32,000 bases of DNA from Candidatus Scalindua sp. GTDB lineage: Bacteria > Planctomycetota > Brocadiia > Brocadiales > Scalinduaceae. Numbering within the stretch: the stretch's first letter is position 1; each line of letters starts with the position of its first letter. The notes under the pieces are model-generated. The model was not told the DNA's origin, searched no databases, and saw only the letters and a list, made by a program, of their open reading frames with translations. The translations under genes were made by a program, and so were the position numbers. The stretch is from NCBI GenBank assembly GCA_031316235.1, contig JALDRA010000001.1:1200001-1232000 (forward strand), written 5' to 3'. This document shows positions 16,983 to 25,736 of the stretch, one piece after another.

Positions 16983-18104
16983 TTAAGACTGAAGGCAAAC
17001 TGCAGCATTTTCTTCAACAGCATCTTCCCTTTTAATAGAACAGCTTGACAACCCTACCAGTACCGAATCAATCAGGTAACCAAACTTATAGTTGTTGCCA
17101 GGCACAAGGTCAAGTGAGAGCGTATGGTCTCCGTTTCTCTCTTTTTTCATGGGATTACAGTGTGAATTCCAATTGTTAAAATCACCGACAATATAGACAC
17201 TCATTGCCTTTGAAGCCGCAAACCTCGGCAGTCTGAACGTTACCCTGCGCAACATTTCTTTTTGTGAAAACAGTCCTGCCTGATCGTACCCTTCCTCAGC
17301 CCGATCTGTAATCCTCTCACTACAACTGCTTACCATTTCAGTGTGCTCATCACCTATGACCACATCCTGAGCAATTCCATTTGTACCAGCGTCCCTTTCT
17401 GACATTGTCTCAGAGTGAGTATTTCTCATCTCGATATTTTTGATAGTTTTTTCACGATCTTCCTTTTTACTGAGAATACCGGAACACCCCTGACAGAATA
17501 ATTTCCCATAATGTTCCCTTGCAGAACCTGTTGCTGTATCTCTGGTAGAGATGCTTTTATTACAGCTGCAACACACCTTCATTTCTGCGAGATCTTCCTG
17601 TTGCAGACCTGAAGTGTTTTCCTGTAATGGTTCTGCAGCTACGTCACGTCTTTTCATAAAATTAACCATTTTCACGAATTTATAAAAAGAGAAATTCTTT
17701 TTTTTCGATTTCCTGCTTAAGATTTCTTCGATAGTCACCTTTAGCTCTTCCTTACTTTCTGCACTGATCTCTATAAACTCTATTGCAGTACAGTACCCTG
17801 AAAGATGCTGGCGTTCTTCAATCCGAACTATCCTCCCTACACAGCTTATGTGAGGCATGGATTGAGTAATTCCAAATTTAACATGTAAAATTGAATCAAT
17901 TCCCAGGTCCTTATAATAGGTAAAAACCATGCCACCTGCGCTCAGATTCTTTACGGCAACTATATCCCATTCAGGAGACCGGTTATCGTTGTCTTTGGAT
18001 TGCCTGGTATGAAACCTTGCTATACAGGGGGTTTCAATTTCTTTATATTTTCTGTTTTCCAGTTCTATTCTTGCATATTTCCTTTTTTCGGGAAGACTGT
18101 ACAT
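16983..18104 (-). CDS. PilZ-domain protein with central Cys-rich (Zn-ribbon-like) region and C-terminal CBM48/AMPK-beta-type carbohydrate-binding domain
   Basis: The PilZ signature pair is present: RKYAR (RxxxR) near the N-terminus and NLSAGG (D/NxSxxG) about 50 aa later. The central region reads CCSC...CQGC. The C-terminus, VYIVGDFNNWNSH...LSLDLVPGNNYKFGYLID, matches the glycogen-binding-domain pattern V+..G.FNNW...L..G.+.YKF.VDG. Confidence 0.75.
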   Translation of the reverse strand: MYSLPEKRKYARIELENRKYKEIETPCIARFHTRQSKDNDNRSPEWDIVAVKNLSAGGMVFTYYKDLGIDSILHVKFGITQSMPHISCVGRIVRIEERQHLSGYCTAIEFIEISAESKEELKVTIEEILSRKSKKKNFSFYKFVKMVNFMKRRDVAAEPLQENTSGLQQEDLAEMKVCCSCNKSISTRDTATGSAREHYGKLFCQGCSGILSKKEDREKTIKNIEMRNTHSETMSERDAGTNGIAQDVVIGDEHTEMVSSCSERITDRAEEGYDQAGLFSQKEMLRRVTFRLPRFAASKAMSVYIVGDFNNWNSHCNPMKKERNGDHTLSLDLVPGNNYKFGYLIDSVLVGLSSCSIKREDAVEENAAVCLQS

Positions 18105-18138
18105 AGTAATCTGCCTCCTTTTTCTCTTCGAATCAGGT

Positions 18139-18278
18139 TATACTAAAACCGATTTGGTTTTAGATGTTTCTAGACACCAGAGCCTGTTTGCTGGTATCCC
18201 CGGACAGAAAACGCCGAGGATTTTGCCTGCTCTGTTTTTTCCCGGATTTTGTCCGATAATCATTATATGATGAGTATA
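18139..18278 (-). mobile_element. MITE-like repeat, family 1, copy B (140 bp, divergent)
   Basis: It begins tatactaaaaccgatttggtttt and ends gatgagtata. It shares the internal tatccccggacagaaaacgccgagga core with copies C and F, but the remainder has diverged. Confidence 0.7.
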
Positions 18279-18343
18279 AGTATCATCATTTTTCCGTGAA
18301 CGGTTACAATCTTTCCCGCAGAAAGCAGGCTTTGCGATGCACA

Positions 18344-19606
18344 CTACCCTTTCCCCACACCAGGCCTCCATTGGGTAATTTCCGTGTAGTGATTAAAAAG
18401 CTCACCAAAGAGACGTGTAATTTCATCACGGCTTAATTCATTTGTGGCAACAAAGGATTCATACTCACCTTGACGTCCCTTTACCCAGCTCTTTTCCTCA
18501 GGCACTTCATATATCTGAATATCATAATGATCAGGATGTTTATAAACTGGTGTACCCGGATAAGGCATAAATATATTAAAACCAAACTTTTCCGGGCGGA
18601 CACGCTCCATCCAGAGACGTGTCTCTTCAACCGTTTCATATGTTTCTCCCGGAAGCCCGATCATGAGAAAGACATTTGCCGTAATCCCAACTTCCTTGCA
18701 TAAACTGACAAATCTTGCATTCTCCTCTACCGTCTCTTTTTTATCAACACCATCCAGGATCCTCTGTGAACCGCTCTCAACACCGACACCAATCTCAACG
18801 CAACCTGCCTCCTTCATTGCCAGGAGCATCTCCTTCGTTGCTGTAGTCCTTGCATAACAACGCCACTTGATGTCAAGTGATTTCATTCTCCGGCACAGCT
18901 CCAATAACCTGTCTCTGCGTAAGGTGAGCGTATCATCGAGAAACAAAAAATGCTTGAAACCATAGTTGTGAATAAGATGTTCAAGCTCAGAGATCACATA
19001 GGAGTTGCTATGAAAACGTGTACCACGCTGCCAGACCTCCTTTGAACAGAAAGAACACGTAAACGGACATCCTCTGCTCGTAATCAAGGTAGTACCCAGA
19101 CCATCTTCAATTTCATACCCGAAAGAGAGGATATCAACCTGGTGCCGGGCAGGAAAAGGAATGGTGTCCAGATCCTGAATGTAGGAAGCATGAAGGATCC
19201 CGGGTTTTTGTCTTTTCTCTTTACCTGTAATCAGCTGGAATAGTGCCTCTTCCCCCTCACCTTTGATCACAAAATCAAAACCGTCTCGAATACACCTGTC
19301 CGGCATTGAAGAGGGAAAAGCTCCTCCGATAGCTATGGGAGCTTTCGGGTTGAGTCGACGTAAAATCTTCAATATTTTCCGCGCCTGTGGATATTGTGGA
19401 GATGTTGATGTGATTCCATACAACTCTGCATCGGCATATTGCTCCAGGGCAGTATCAAGTCCAGATTCCCTGTTAGCCAGATCGGCAACATTTATTGAAA
19501 TCCCTTTATCCTCCAGGAATCCTGCAAGGTAAAGAATACCAAGGGGAGGAAAAGCCTTTTGATTAATCAGAAAGGGACTCGGAGGTGAAACCAATGTTGT
19601 CTTCAA
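18344..19606 (-). CDS. B12-binding-domain radical SAM enzyme (class B type)
   Basis: The radical SAM cluster motif is present in SRGCPFTCSFCSK (CxxxCxxC). The N-terminal region (LVSPPSPFL...PPLGILYLAGFLEDKG) is typical of the B12-binding domain. The track starts at ATG 19633. I prefer TTG 19606-19604, because GGAGGT lies 6 nt upstream and the TTG overlaps the upstream stop as TTGA. The start is uncertain. Confidence 0.75.
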   Translation of the reverse strand: MKTTLVSPPSPFLINQKAFPPLGILYLAGFLEDKGISINVADLANRESGLDTALEQYADAELYGITSTSPQYPQARKILKILRRLNPKAPIAIGGAFPSSMPDRCIRDGFDFVIKGEGEEALFQLITGKEKRQKPGILHASYIQDLDTIPFPARHQVDILSFGYEIEDGLGTTLITSRGCPFTCSFCSKEVWQRGTRFHSNSYVISELEHLIHNYGFKHFLFLDDTLTLRRDRLLELCRRMKSLDIKWRCYARTTATKEMLLAMKEAGCVEIGVGVESGSQRILDGVDKKETVEENARFVSLCKEVGITANVFLMIGLPGETYETVEETRLWMERVRPEKFGFNIFMPYPGTPVYKHPDHYDIQIYEVPEEKSWVKGRQGEYESFVATNELSRDEITRLFGELFNHYTEITQWRPGVGKG

Positions 19607-20613
19607 TTGAGAACCTCCACCGGTGCTCCGCATTTCTCCAACGACATATTGATGGCATCCATCACCCTTACCACGTCAAGGCCATTCTGCCCGTCTGTAA
19701 GGGGAAAGCGTCCATTTGACACGCAAGTGATGAAATGGCTGCATTGATTCTTCAGGGGTTCATCCGAATCAATACGGGGGCTTATTATATCTCCATCACG
19801 CAATTGGAGTTGGAATTCACCGAATGTGTCTGCCTCACCGGTTATTGCCGCCCCTTTTTCAAAGATACGGACACGCTCCATGCTGTTGAGATCATCGAAG
19901 ACCATTCGTTTTTTACTCCCGACGACTGAGAGTTCCCGTACCTTATTGGAATTTATCCAGCTCACGTGAATATTGCCAAGAATATTTTGCGGATATCCAA
20001 GCGTTATAAACCCCACATCAGGACGTCCATTTAAAAAGTTTCCGCCTATGGCACTTACCCAGAGTGGTTGTTTATCAAGAAGATATGAGAAAATTGATAT
20101 ATCATGAGGTGCCAGATCCCAGATAGCATTGACGTCACTGCGTATCAAGCCAAGATGTGTACGTGTTGAATGAAGATAGTAAATCGAACCTATATCTTCA
20201 TTTGATATGTATTCCTTTATCTTGAGAATGGCAGGATTATAAAGAAACGTGTGTCCAACCATGAGCTTCCGCGCTCTCTCTTCTGCAATCTGAACCAACT
20301 CCTCACCTTCCGCAATAGAGGTGGTAAGCGGTTTCTCTACCAGAACATGTTTGTCATGTAACAGGCATGCCTTGGTAATGCTGTAATGTGTTGATGCCTC
20401 AGTTGAGACAACAACTGCGTCAACCTCTTCATCTGACAGGAGTTCTTCCAGACGCTTTGTCGGAAATACATAAGGAAATTTCCGGTGCATCATTACAAGT
20501 CTCTCTTCATTCATATCGCACACTCGTACTACCGTAGCACCAGGCAATTCACTAAATACACGAACATAGTTTATGCCCCAGTATCCGCAACCAATAATAC
20601 CTATGCGTATCAT
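19603..20613 (-). CDS. Gfo/Idh/MocA-family NAD(P)-dependent oxidoreductase (probable sugar dehydrogenase)
   Basis: 336 aa. It has the N-terminal dinucleotide fold MIRIGIIGCGYWG, then HVLVEKPL and a C-terminal alpha/beta domain, which is the typical family layout. Confidence 0.8.
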   Translation of the reverse strand: MIRIGIIGCGYWGINYVRVFSELPGATVVRVCDMNEERLVMMHRKFPYVFPTKRLEELLSDEEVDAVVVSTEASTHYSITKACLLHDKHVLVEKPLTTSIAEGEELVQIAEERARKLMVGHTFLYNPAILKIKEYISNEDIGSIYYLHSTRTHLGLIRSDVNAIWDLAPHDISIFSYLLDKQPLWVSAIGGNFLNGRPDVGFITLGYPQNILGNIHVSWINSNKVRELSVVGSKKRMVFDDLNSMERVRIFEKGAAITGEADTFGEFQLQLRDGDIISPRIDSDEPLKNQCSHFITCVSNGRFPLTDGQNGLDVVRVMDAINMSLEKCGAPVEVLN

Positions 20614-20805
20614 ACAATTCCTCCTGGACAGCTAGATCATTTCTCGGAAATAGATGACTCATATTCAGCATCTTGTGCCACTTATCCATGATGAATCAAT
20701 AGATGCCGGATGTTTACAATTTCAACCGCTAATAACATGCCAAAATGGTAACCATTTTGTACTGTTTTCAGGGGAATCAGGAATGGGAAACTCTCTTACG
20801 CAGAG

Positions 20806-20944
20806 TATACTAAAACCGATTTGGTTTTCGGTTTTACCGGAAATCAAATCCTGGTGAAGGTATCCCCGGATAAAAAACGCCGAGGACTTTACTCGCTCAA
20901 TTTTGTCTCGGATTTTATCCGAAATCCAGTATGAGATGAGTATA
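20806..20944 (-). mobile_element. MITE-like repeat, family 1, copy C (139-bp long form)
   Basis: It is the reverse complement of the long form: tatactaaaaccgatttggttttcggttttaccggaaatcaaatcctgg...ctcggattttatccgaaatccagtatgagatgagtata. It is near-identical to copy F over most of its length. Confidence 0.85.
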
Positions 20945-20978
20945 TTATTGAATTGCAGGTGAATGTTGATGAAATGGT

Positions 20979-21419
20979 TTATGTACGGCCATGCGTAGGT
21001 ATGACAAGAACGGGGCAGGAAGCGCGCCGCAGCACTCCCTCACTCACACTGCCAAATATCAAATGGTGGACGCCTCCATGTCCATGAGAACCTATGATAA
21101 TGATGTCAATTTCCAGCATCTTCGATTTCTGGAGTATAATTTCGACGGTTGAACCTTGCTCGAGAAGAGGTGTGGTGTCTAAATTAAAATTCTGAAATGT
21201 ATCTACCTCTTTGAGTAATGCCTTATATTCCCGGGGAAATTCCCGGGAGAGTTGATCACGTTCCGGTTGTGAACCAAACTCATCGTCCAGAAAATCTGGA
21301 TCTTGATCAACAACATGGAGCAACCACACTTTAGCAGACAACCCAATTGCAAGAGTTTTTGCCCTTTCCAATATTCCAATAGAGGCCCTGGAGAAATCTA
21401 CAGTAACCAGAATATTCAT
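20979..21419 (-). CDS. Universal stress protein (UspA family)
   Basis: I shortened the track ORF (20979-21527) to ATG 21419-21417, preceded by GGGAGAGAAGGT. The removed 36 codons run into the degenerate palindromic element. The protein MNILVTVDFS...VWLLHVV...IIIGSHGHGGVHHLIFGSVSEGVLRRASCPVLVIP carries the Usp ATP-binding G-2x-G-9x-G(S/T) type motif. Confidence 0.8.
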   Translation of the reverse strand: MNILVTVDFSRASIGILERAKTLAIGLSAKVWLLHVVDQDPDFLDDEFGSQPERDQLSREFPREYKALLKEVDTFQNFNLDTTPLLEQGSTVEIILQKSKMLEIDIIIIGSHGHGGVHHLIFGSVSEGVLRRASCPVLVIPTHGRT

Positions 21420-21498
21420 ACCTTCTCTCCCACAAAAAAATGTACCCTTTACATCACCTCTCTGTTGCTTTAGTCGTTCTTTCTTGAATAGAAATCGC

Positions 21499-21625
21499 GT
21501 AGCTGAACCAAATCTGCCCAGATACAAGGTGCGTAGTAATTTCGTAACCGGAACGTACTGATGTACTTGAGGATTACGGAATTATTACAGTAACGCAACA
21601 GATGGGTAGTTTTCGTTCAACCACC
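21499..21625. mobile_element. Palindromic element (family 2), degenerate second copy
   Basis: It aligns along its length to 15757-15884 (…ctgcccagatacaaggtgcgtagtaatttcgtaacc…gaggattacggaatt…gggtagttttcgttcaaccac). The central hairpin arms carry several mismatches. Confidence 0.7.
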
Positions 21626-21750
21626 AGGTAATAATCTAGTTTTTTATCAACACCCTGTCAATGAATTTTTCTCCATTGAACAGAAATGTTCGAATTCCCG
21701 GACTGCTTGAAATACGAATCCGCACAGACAGATAACACAAAGATTTACTT

Positions 21751-21841
21751 TATACTCATCTCATACTGGATTTCGGATAAAATCCGAGATAAAATTGAGC
21801 GAGTATACCTTCACCAGGATTTGGTTTCCGGTTTTAGTATA
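21751..21841 (+). mobile_element. MITE-like repeat, family 1, copy D (91-bp short form)
   Basis: tatactcatctcatactggatttcggataaaatccgagataaaattgagcgagtataccttcaccaggatttggtttccggttttagtata. It has the same ends as the long form with two internal deletions. Confidence 0.85.
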
Positions 21842-22194
21842 TCTGTTTCCTCTGTCTAAAAACACTACAGTCAGTTGAAAACATCAACAACAACTCCTCC
21901 GTAATAATTCCACCAGGACATTCTGGAAGAGCCGAAACAATACGACACGGTTGCCACCCAGGCCGTGGATTAATGAATAGTTCTCTGAGTGACAGTCCCT
22001 GTTGAGCAACAGCAGACACCTTTTCTCTTCTTCAGGGAAAGCCTGACAACCGGAGCGGTCCGGGACATATCATATGCCTCTCCTTTTTTCTGGTCATGGA
22101 TCAGCCGGGGTGGGGACGGTATTTGATTTGCGGTTTAATTCCTGAAAATTTCACGAGAACGGTTAATAACGGATGAAAGGATCTGACGAAAACC

Positions 22195-23058
22195 ATGATA
22201 CATGATCCCGCAAAATCAGAAACATACTCATCTCATACTGGATTTCGGATAAAATCCGAGATAAAATTGAACGAGTATACCATTAACCAAGATTTGGTTT
22301 CTGGTAAAACCGAAAACCAAATTGGTTTTCGTATATCACGCAGTTTTATCATACCGGTCCTGGATTTGTCTCCGCATAGTCCATACAATATCAAGACATT
22401 ACTCAGTGATCTCGAAAACGTACAGGGGGAGGTCATCTGCATCTTTAACAGCAGATCTGTTTACGAAGAACTCTACAGACATCCGCGCATCAACAAATAT
22501 TGCTATAATAACCTCAACGCAGGTGTAAGCCGCTCATGGAACATAGGCATTAACCTGGCTGAAGGAAAAGCTGTGTTCATATTAAACGCAGACCTGCACC
22601 TGCACTCTCAGTCCATTGAACAATTGGAATCGTATCTCTTCACCCTTGACAGGGCAGTTATCGTTGGTCCACAGGGCACACACATTGATTATGGAAAACT
22701 GGCTATTATCAGGTATTTTGAAAAAGGGACTTTCCTTGAGCCGGTCCAGACACATGACGTCTCAGGTTTCTTTTTTGCTATACACCGTGACAGATTTCTC
22801 CAGAACCATTTGCTGTTTGATGTACAATTCAGTCCATGCTTTTTCGAAGAGTGGGATATGGGGCTTCAGATTATTCGGGCTAATCTTGCCTGTTATGCTG
22901 TCCCGGTAGATAGTTTTGAACATCATTGGGGCGCTTCTCAATATAAGAAGCTTTCCGTAAACTATTTTGGAAGAGAGATGACAGGTATAGACATCATGAG
23001 AAAAAACAGGCAGAGATTCATGGCAAAGTGGAATACTATTGTTTCTGTGGAAAATTAA
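22195..23058 (+). CDS. GT2-family glycosyltransferase whose first ~47 codons are MITE-derived (possibly 5'-disrupted)
   Basis: From RSFIIPVLDLSPHSPYN onward it is clearly paralogous to 23740-24510. It carries GT2-like features (IIPV..., NAGVSRSWNIGINLAEGKAVFILNADLHL). Upstream of that point the frame stays open through MITE copy E to ATG 22195. There is no ATG, GTG or TTG in frame between the MITE and the conserved core. Confidence 0.65.
   Translation: MIHDPAKSETYSSHTGFRIKSEIKLNEYTINQDLVSGKTENQIGFRISRSFIIPVLDLSPHSPYNIKTLLSDLENVQGEVICIFNSRSVYEELYRHPRINKYCYNNLNAGVSRSWNIGINLAEGKAVFILNADLHLHSQSIEQLESYLFTLDRAVIVGPQGTHIDYGKLAIIRYFEKGTFLEPVQTHDVSGFFFAIHRDRFLQNHLLFDVQFSPCFFEEWDMGLQIIRANLACYAVPVDSFEHHWGASQYKKLSVNYFGREMTGIDIMRKNRQRFMAKWNTIVSVEN
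22223..22335 (+). mobile_element. MITE-like repeat, family 1, copy E (113-bp form), lying inside the 5' end of an ORF
   Basis: catactcatctcatactggatttcggataaaatccgagataaaattgaacgagta...ccgaaaaccaaattggttttcgtata. It has the same length class as copy A. Confidence 0.85.
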
Positions 23059-23678
23059 TGAATACCAGTCAGCTGAAGATCAGGAAATTTGAAAATTTCG
23101 TAAAAAGGATCAGTGAAGAATCATATCCTGAACCAACGAGCAGTATCCACACGGCTATAACTGAAAAAATGATAGAATCGTTGATTATCCACTACTCTTT
23201 ACCAGACAAGGGGAGGATATTAGATGTTGGATGCGGCCATGGTTCAGCACTGAAACTCTTTCATGAAAAGGGATTCAGGGCTGTCGGTATTACCATTAAC
23301 CGGGAGGATTTTCTGGCCTGCAGGGAAAAAGGATTTGAAGTGCATCAAATGGATCAGACTTTTATCGAATTCAGTGACGAGGAATTTGATTTCGTCTGGT
23401 GCAGGCATTGCCTGGAGCATAGTTTTTCCCCATATCTTACTTTACTCGAACTTTCAAGGGTACTGAAACAGAAGGGGTATATGTATATTGAAGTACCTGC
23501 TCCCGATACTGTCAGTAACCATCAGGCAAATCGAAACCACTACAGCGTATTGGGAAAAAGCATGTGGACAGAATTAATAAAGCGCTCGGGATTTGATCTC
23601 TTAGATAGCAGCATCATAACAATTGATCTGAAAATCGGGCAGGATGTATACTGGTCATTCGTCATACAAAAACCTTAG
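23058..23678 (+). CDS. Class I SAM-dependent methyltransferase
   Basis: I prefer ATG 23058, which overlaps the upstream stop as TAATG, over the track start 23028. Motif I is RILDVGCGHGSALK. The later motifs FDFVWCRHCLEHS and VLKQKGYMYIEVP are present. Confidence 0.75.
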   Translation: MNTSQLKIRKFENFVKRISEESYPEPTSSIHTAITEKMIESLIIHYSLPDKGRILDVGCGHGSALKLFHEKGFRAVGITINREDFLACREKGFEVHQMDQTFIEFSDEEFDFVWCRHCLEHSFSPYLTLLELSRVLKQKGYMYIEVPAPDTVSNHQANRNHYSVLGKSMWTELIKRSGFDLLDSSIITIDLKIGQDVYWSFVIQKP

Positions 23679-23739
23679 AACCCGGGAAGAAACTCGAATA
23701 AAGAGCAACTCAACATACCAGCAATTAGATTGATATCAT

Positions 23740-24510
23740 ATGGATAATGGTGAAACAAGTTTGACAATACCGAGAAGTTTTATCATACCTGTCCTGGATT
23801 ATTCTCCGCACAGTCCTTACAATATCAGGACACTCCTGGATGACCTTGAACATATTGAAGGAGAGGTGGTCTGTATATTTAACAGCAAAGAGATTTTCGA
23901 TGATCTTAATACCCATCCCCGCATAAACAAATATTGCTATAACAGCTTAAACAGCGGCGTCAGCCGTTCATGGAATGCTGGTATTAACCTCTCCGAGGGT
24001 AAAACATTGTTCATTCTTAATTCCGATGTACACCTGTTACATTCGGCAATTGAACAGTTGGAATCTTATCTTTTCAGCCTGGATAAGGCTGTTATTGCAG
24101 GGCCACAGGGAGCGCACATAGATTACCGTACACTCAGCGACCAGCGATATTTCAGGAAAAGAACTTTCTTCAAACCTGTTCAGGTTCATGCGGTCTCGGG
24201 TTTCTTCTTTGCTATCCATCATCAGAGATTTCTCGAACACTGCCTGATGTTTGATGTACAGTTCAGTCCATGCTTTTTTGAAGAGTGGGATATGGGATTG
24301 CAAATCGCGCTGGCAGGTCTCGCCTGTTATGCCGTTCCTGTGGAAGGTTTTGAACATCATTGGGGGGCATCTCAGGATGGTAATCTTTCCGTAAATTACT
24401 TTGGAAGAGAGATGACCAGGTCTGATATATTGTCAAAAGGGAGAGAAAGGTTCAAGGCCAAATGGCACGATGCTATTTTCAGCAATAAACAGGAACAAAC
24501 ACTAGTATGA
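23740..24510 (+). CDS. GT2-family glycosyltransferase (paralogue of 22195-23058)
   Basis: 256 aa: RSFIIPVLDYSPHSPYN..., NSGVSRSWNAGINLSEGKTLFILNSDVHL, and FEEWDMGLQ...ACYAVPV..FEHHWGASQ shared with its paralogue. Confidence 0.75.
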   Translation: MDNGETSLTIPRSFIIPVLDYSPHSPYNIRTLLDDLEHIEGEVVCIFNSKEIFDDLNTHPRINKYCYNSLNSGVSRSWNAGINLSEGKTLFILNSDVHLLHSAIEQLESYLFSLDKAVIAGPQGAHIDYRTLSDQRYFRKRTFFKPVQVHAVSGFFFAIHHQRFLEHCLMFDVQFSPCFFEEWDMGLQIALAGLACYAVPVEGFEHHWGASQDGNLSVNYFGREMTRSDILSKGRERFKAKWHDAIFSNKQEQTLV

Positions 24511-25736
24511 TCTATCTTATACTGCCCAGAGGCAATAATTTCGGCTGGGGTGTCTGCGGTAAATATCTTGTCCGGGAGATATCCGACATCCGTCAGATAA
24601 CGTATGTTACGGAAGATTTTGGTGTTCATGACATAGGTGATGAATTTGAATACCATTTTCTCAAAAGCCGGCTGGCTGACACAAGAGAAGCCACCGATAT
24701 CAGGAGCGGTGCAACAAAACAGGTACGTTTCCCTATTCTCCAGGCCATAGGTAGTCAGGCACTGATGCCCTGGGGACCGGAAATCCATGGCACCTTCAAG
24801 GCAGGATATACCTTTTTTGAAGAAAACATCCTGAAGCAGGAGTATATCCGGAATGGAAAAAATAACTTCGATCTCATTATTACGGGTTCAACGTGGTGTG
24901 AAGATGTTCTCAGAAACCATGGGCTGGAAAATGTGACAACCGTCATTCAGGGAATAGACCAGCAGCTCTTTAACCCATTTCATTCAGAAAAGGAGATCTA
25001 CAGAGACAATTTCCTGGTTTTCTCCGGGGGCAAATTTGAGATCCGCAAGGGACAGGACATTGTAATACGTGCATACAAAGTCCTTCAGGACCGGCACCAG
25101 GATGTCATTCTCGTGAACTCATGGTTCAACATGTGGGGCGAGAGTATGAGGACTATGTCAGCCTCCCCGTATATCAAGTTCAATATTACGTCAAATGATT
25201 ATGTTCCCGGAATGAACACTACTCTCGCTGATAACGGCATTGACATACGGAGAGTCATTACCATGCTGCCACGTCCGAATGCCTTAATGGCAAAGATATA
25301 CAAAAATACTGATGTTGGCCTCTTTCCCAATAGATGCGAAGGGGGAACAAACCTTGTCCTCATGGAATACATGGCATGTGGAAAACCCGTAATTGCATCA
25401 TACAGCAGTGGTCATAAGGATATAATCAACAATGATAACGCACTTTTGTTAGAGAGAATGAAACCCATTACGATAAAGAGAAACGAAAACAAAATTGCAG
25501 AATGGGACGACCCGGATCTCGATGAGACGGTAGAGCGGTTAGAGTGGGCGTATCAGAACAGGGATGCATTGAGATCATATGGTTTAGCGGCCGGAAATAC
25601 CCTGAAAAAACTTACGTGGAAGAGGAGTGCTGCGCAGTTTGTTGAAATCATCGAGGAGCATACCCACCATCAGGAAGAGAGCAGGCAGGTGAATACATTG
25701 CACAAAAAACAGGACCAATGCACTGTTTCTTCGTAA
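24507..25736 (+). CDS. Glycosyltransferase, GT-B fold, group 1 (GT4-like)
   Basis: 409 aa. The start overlaps the upstream stop as ATGA. The C-terminal block VGLFPNRCEGGTNLVLMEYMACGKPVIAS is the E-x7-E group-1 signature. Confidence 0.75.
   Translation: MIYLILPRGNNFGWGVCGKYLVREISDIRQITYVTEDFGVHDIGDEFEYHFLKSRLADTREATDIRSGATKQVRFPILQAIGSQALMPWGPEIHGTFKAGYTFFEENILKQEYIRNGKNNFDLIITGSTWCEDVLRNHGLENVTTVIQGIDQQLFNPFHSEKEIYRDNFLVFSGGKFEIRKGQDIVIRAYKVLQDRHQDVILVNSWFNMWGESMRTMSASPYIKFNITSNDYVPGMNTTLADNGIDIRRVITMLPRPNALMAKIYKNTDVGLFPNRCEGGTNLVLMEYMACGKPVIASYSSGHKDIINNDNALLLERMKPITIKRNENKIAEWDDPDLDETVERLEWAYQNRDALRSYGLAAGNTLKKLTWKRSAAQFVEIIEEHTHHQEESRQVNTLHKKQDQCTVSS

Noticed and set aside
21420-21527. 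36-codon N-terminal extension of the universal stress protein ORF
   Set aside because: The extension overlaps the degenerate palindromic element. An internal ATG at 21419 has a strong SD and gives a canonical Usp N-terminus (MNILVTVDFS).
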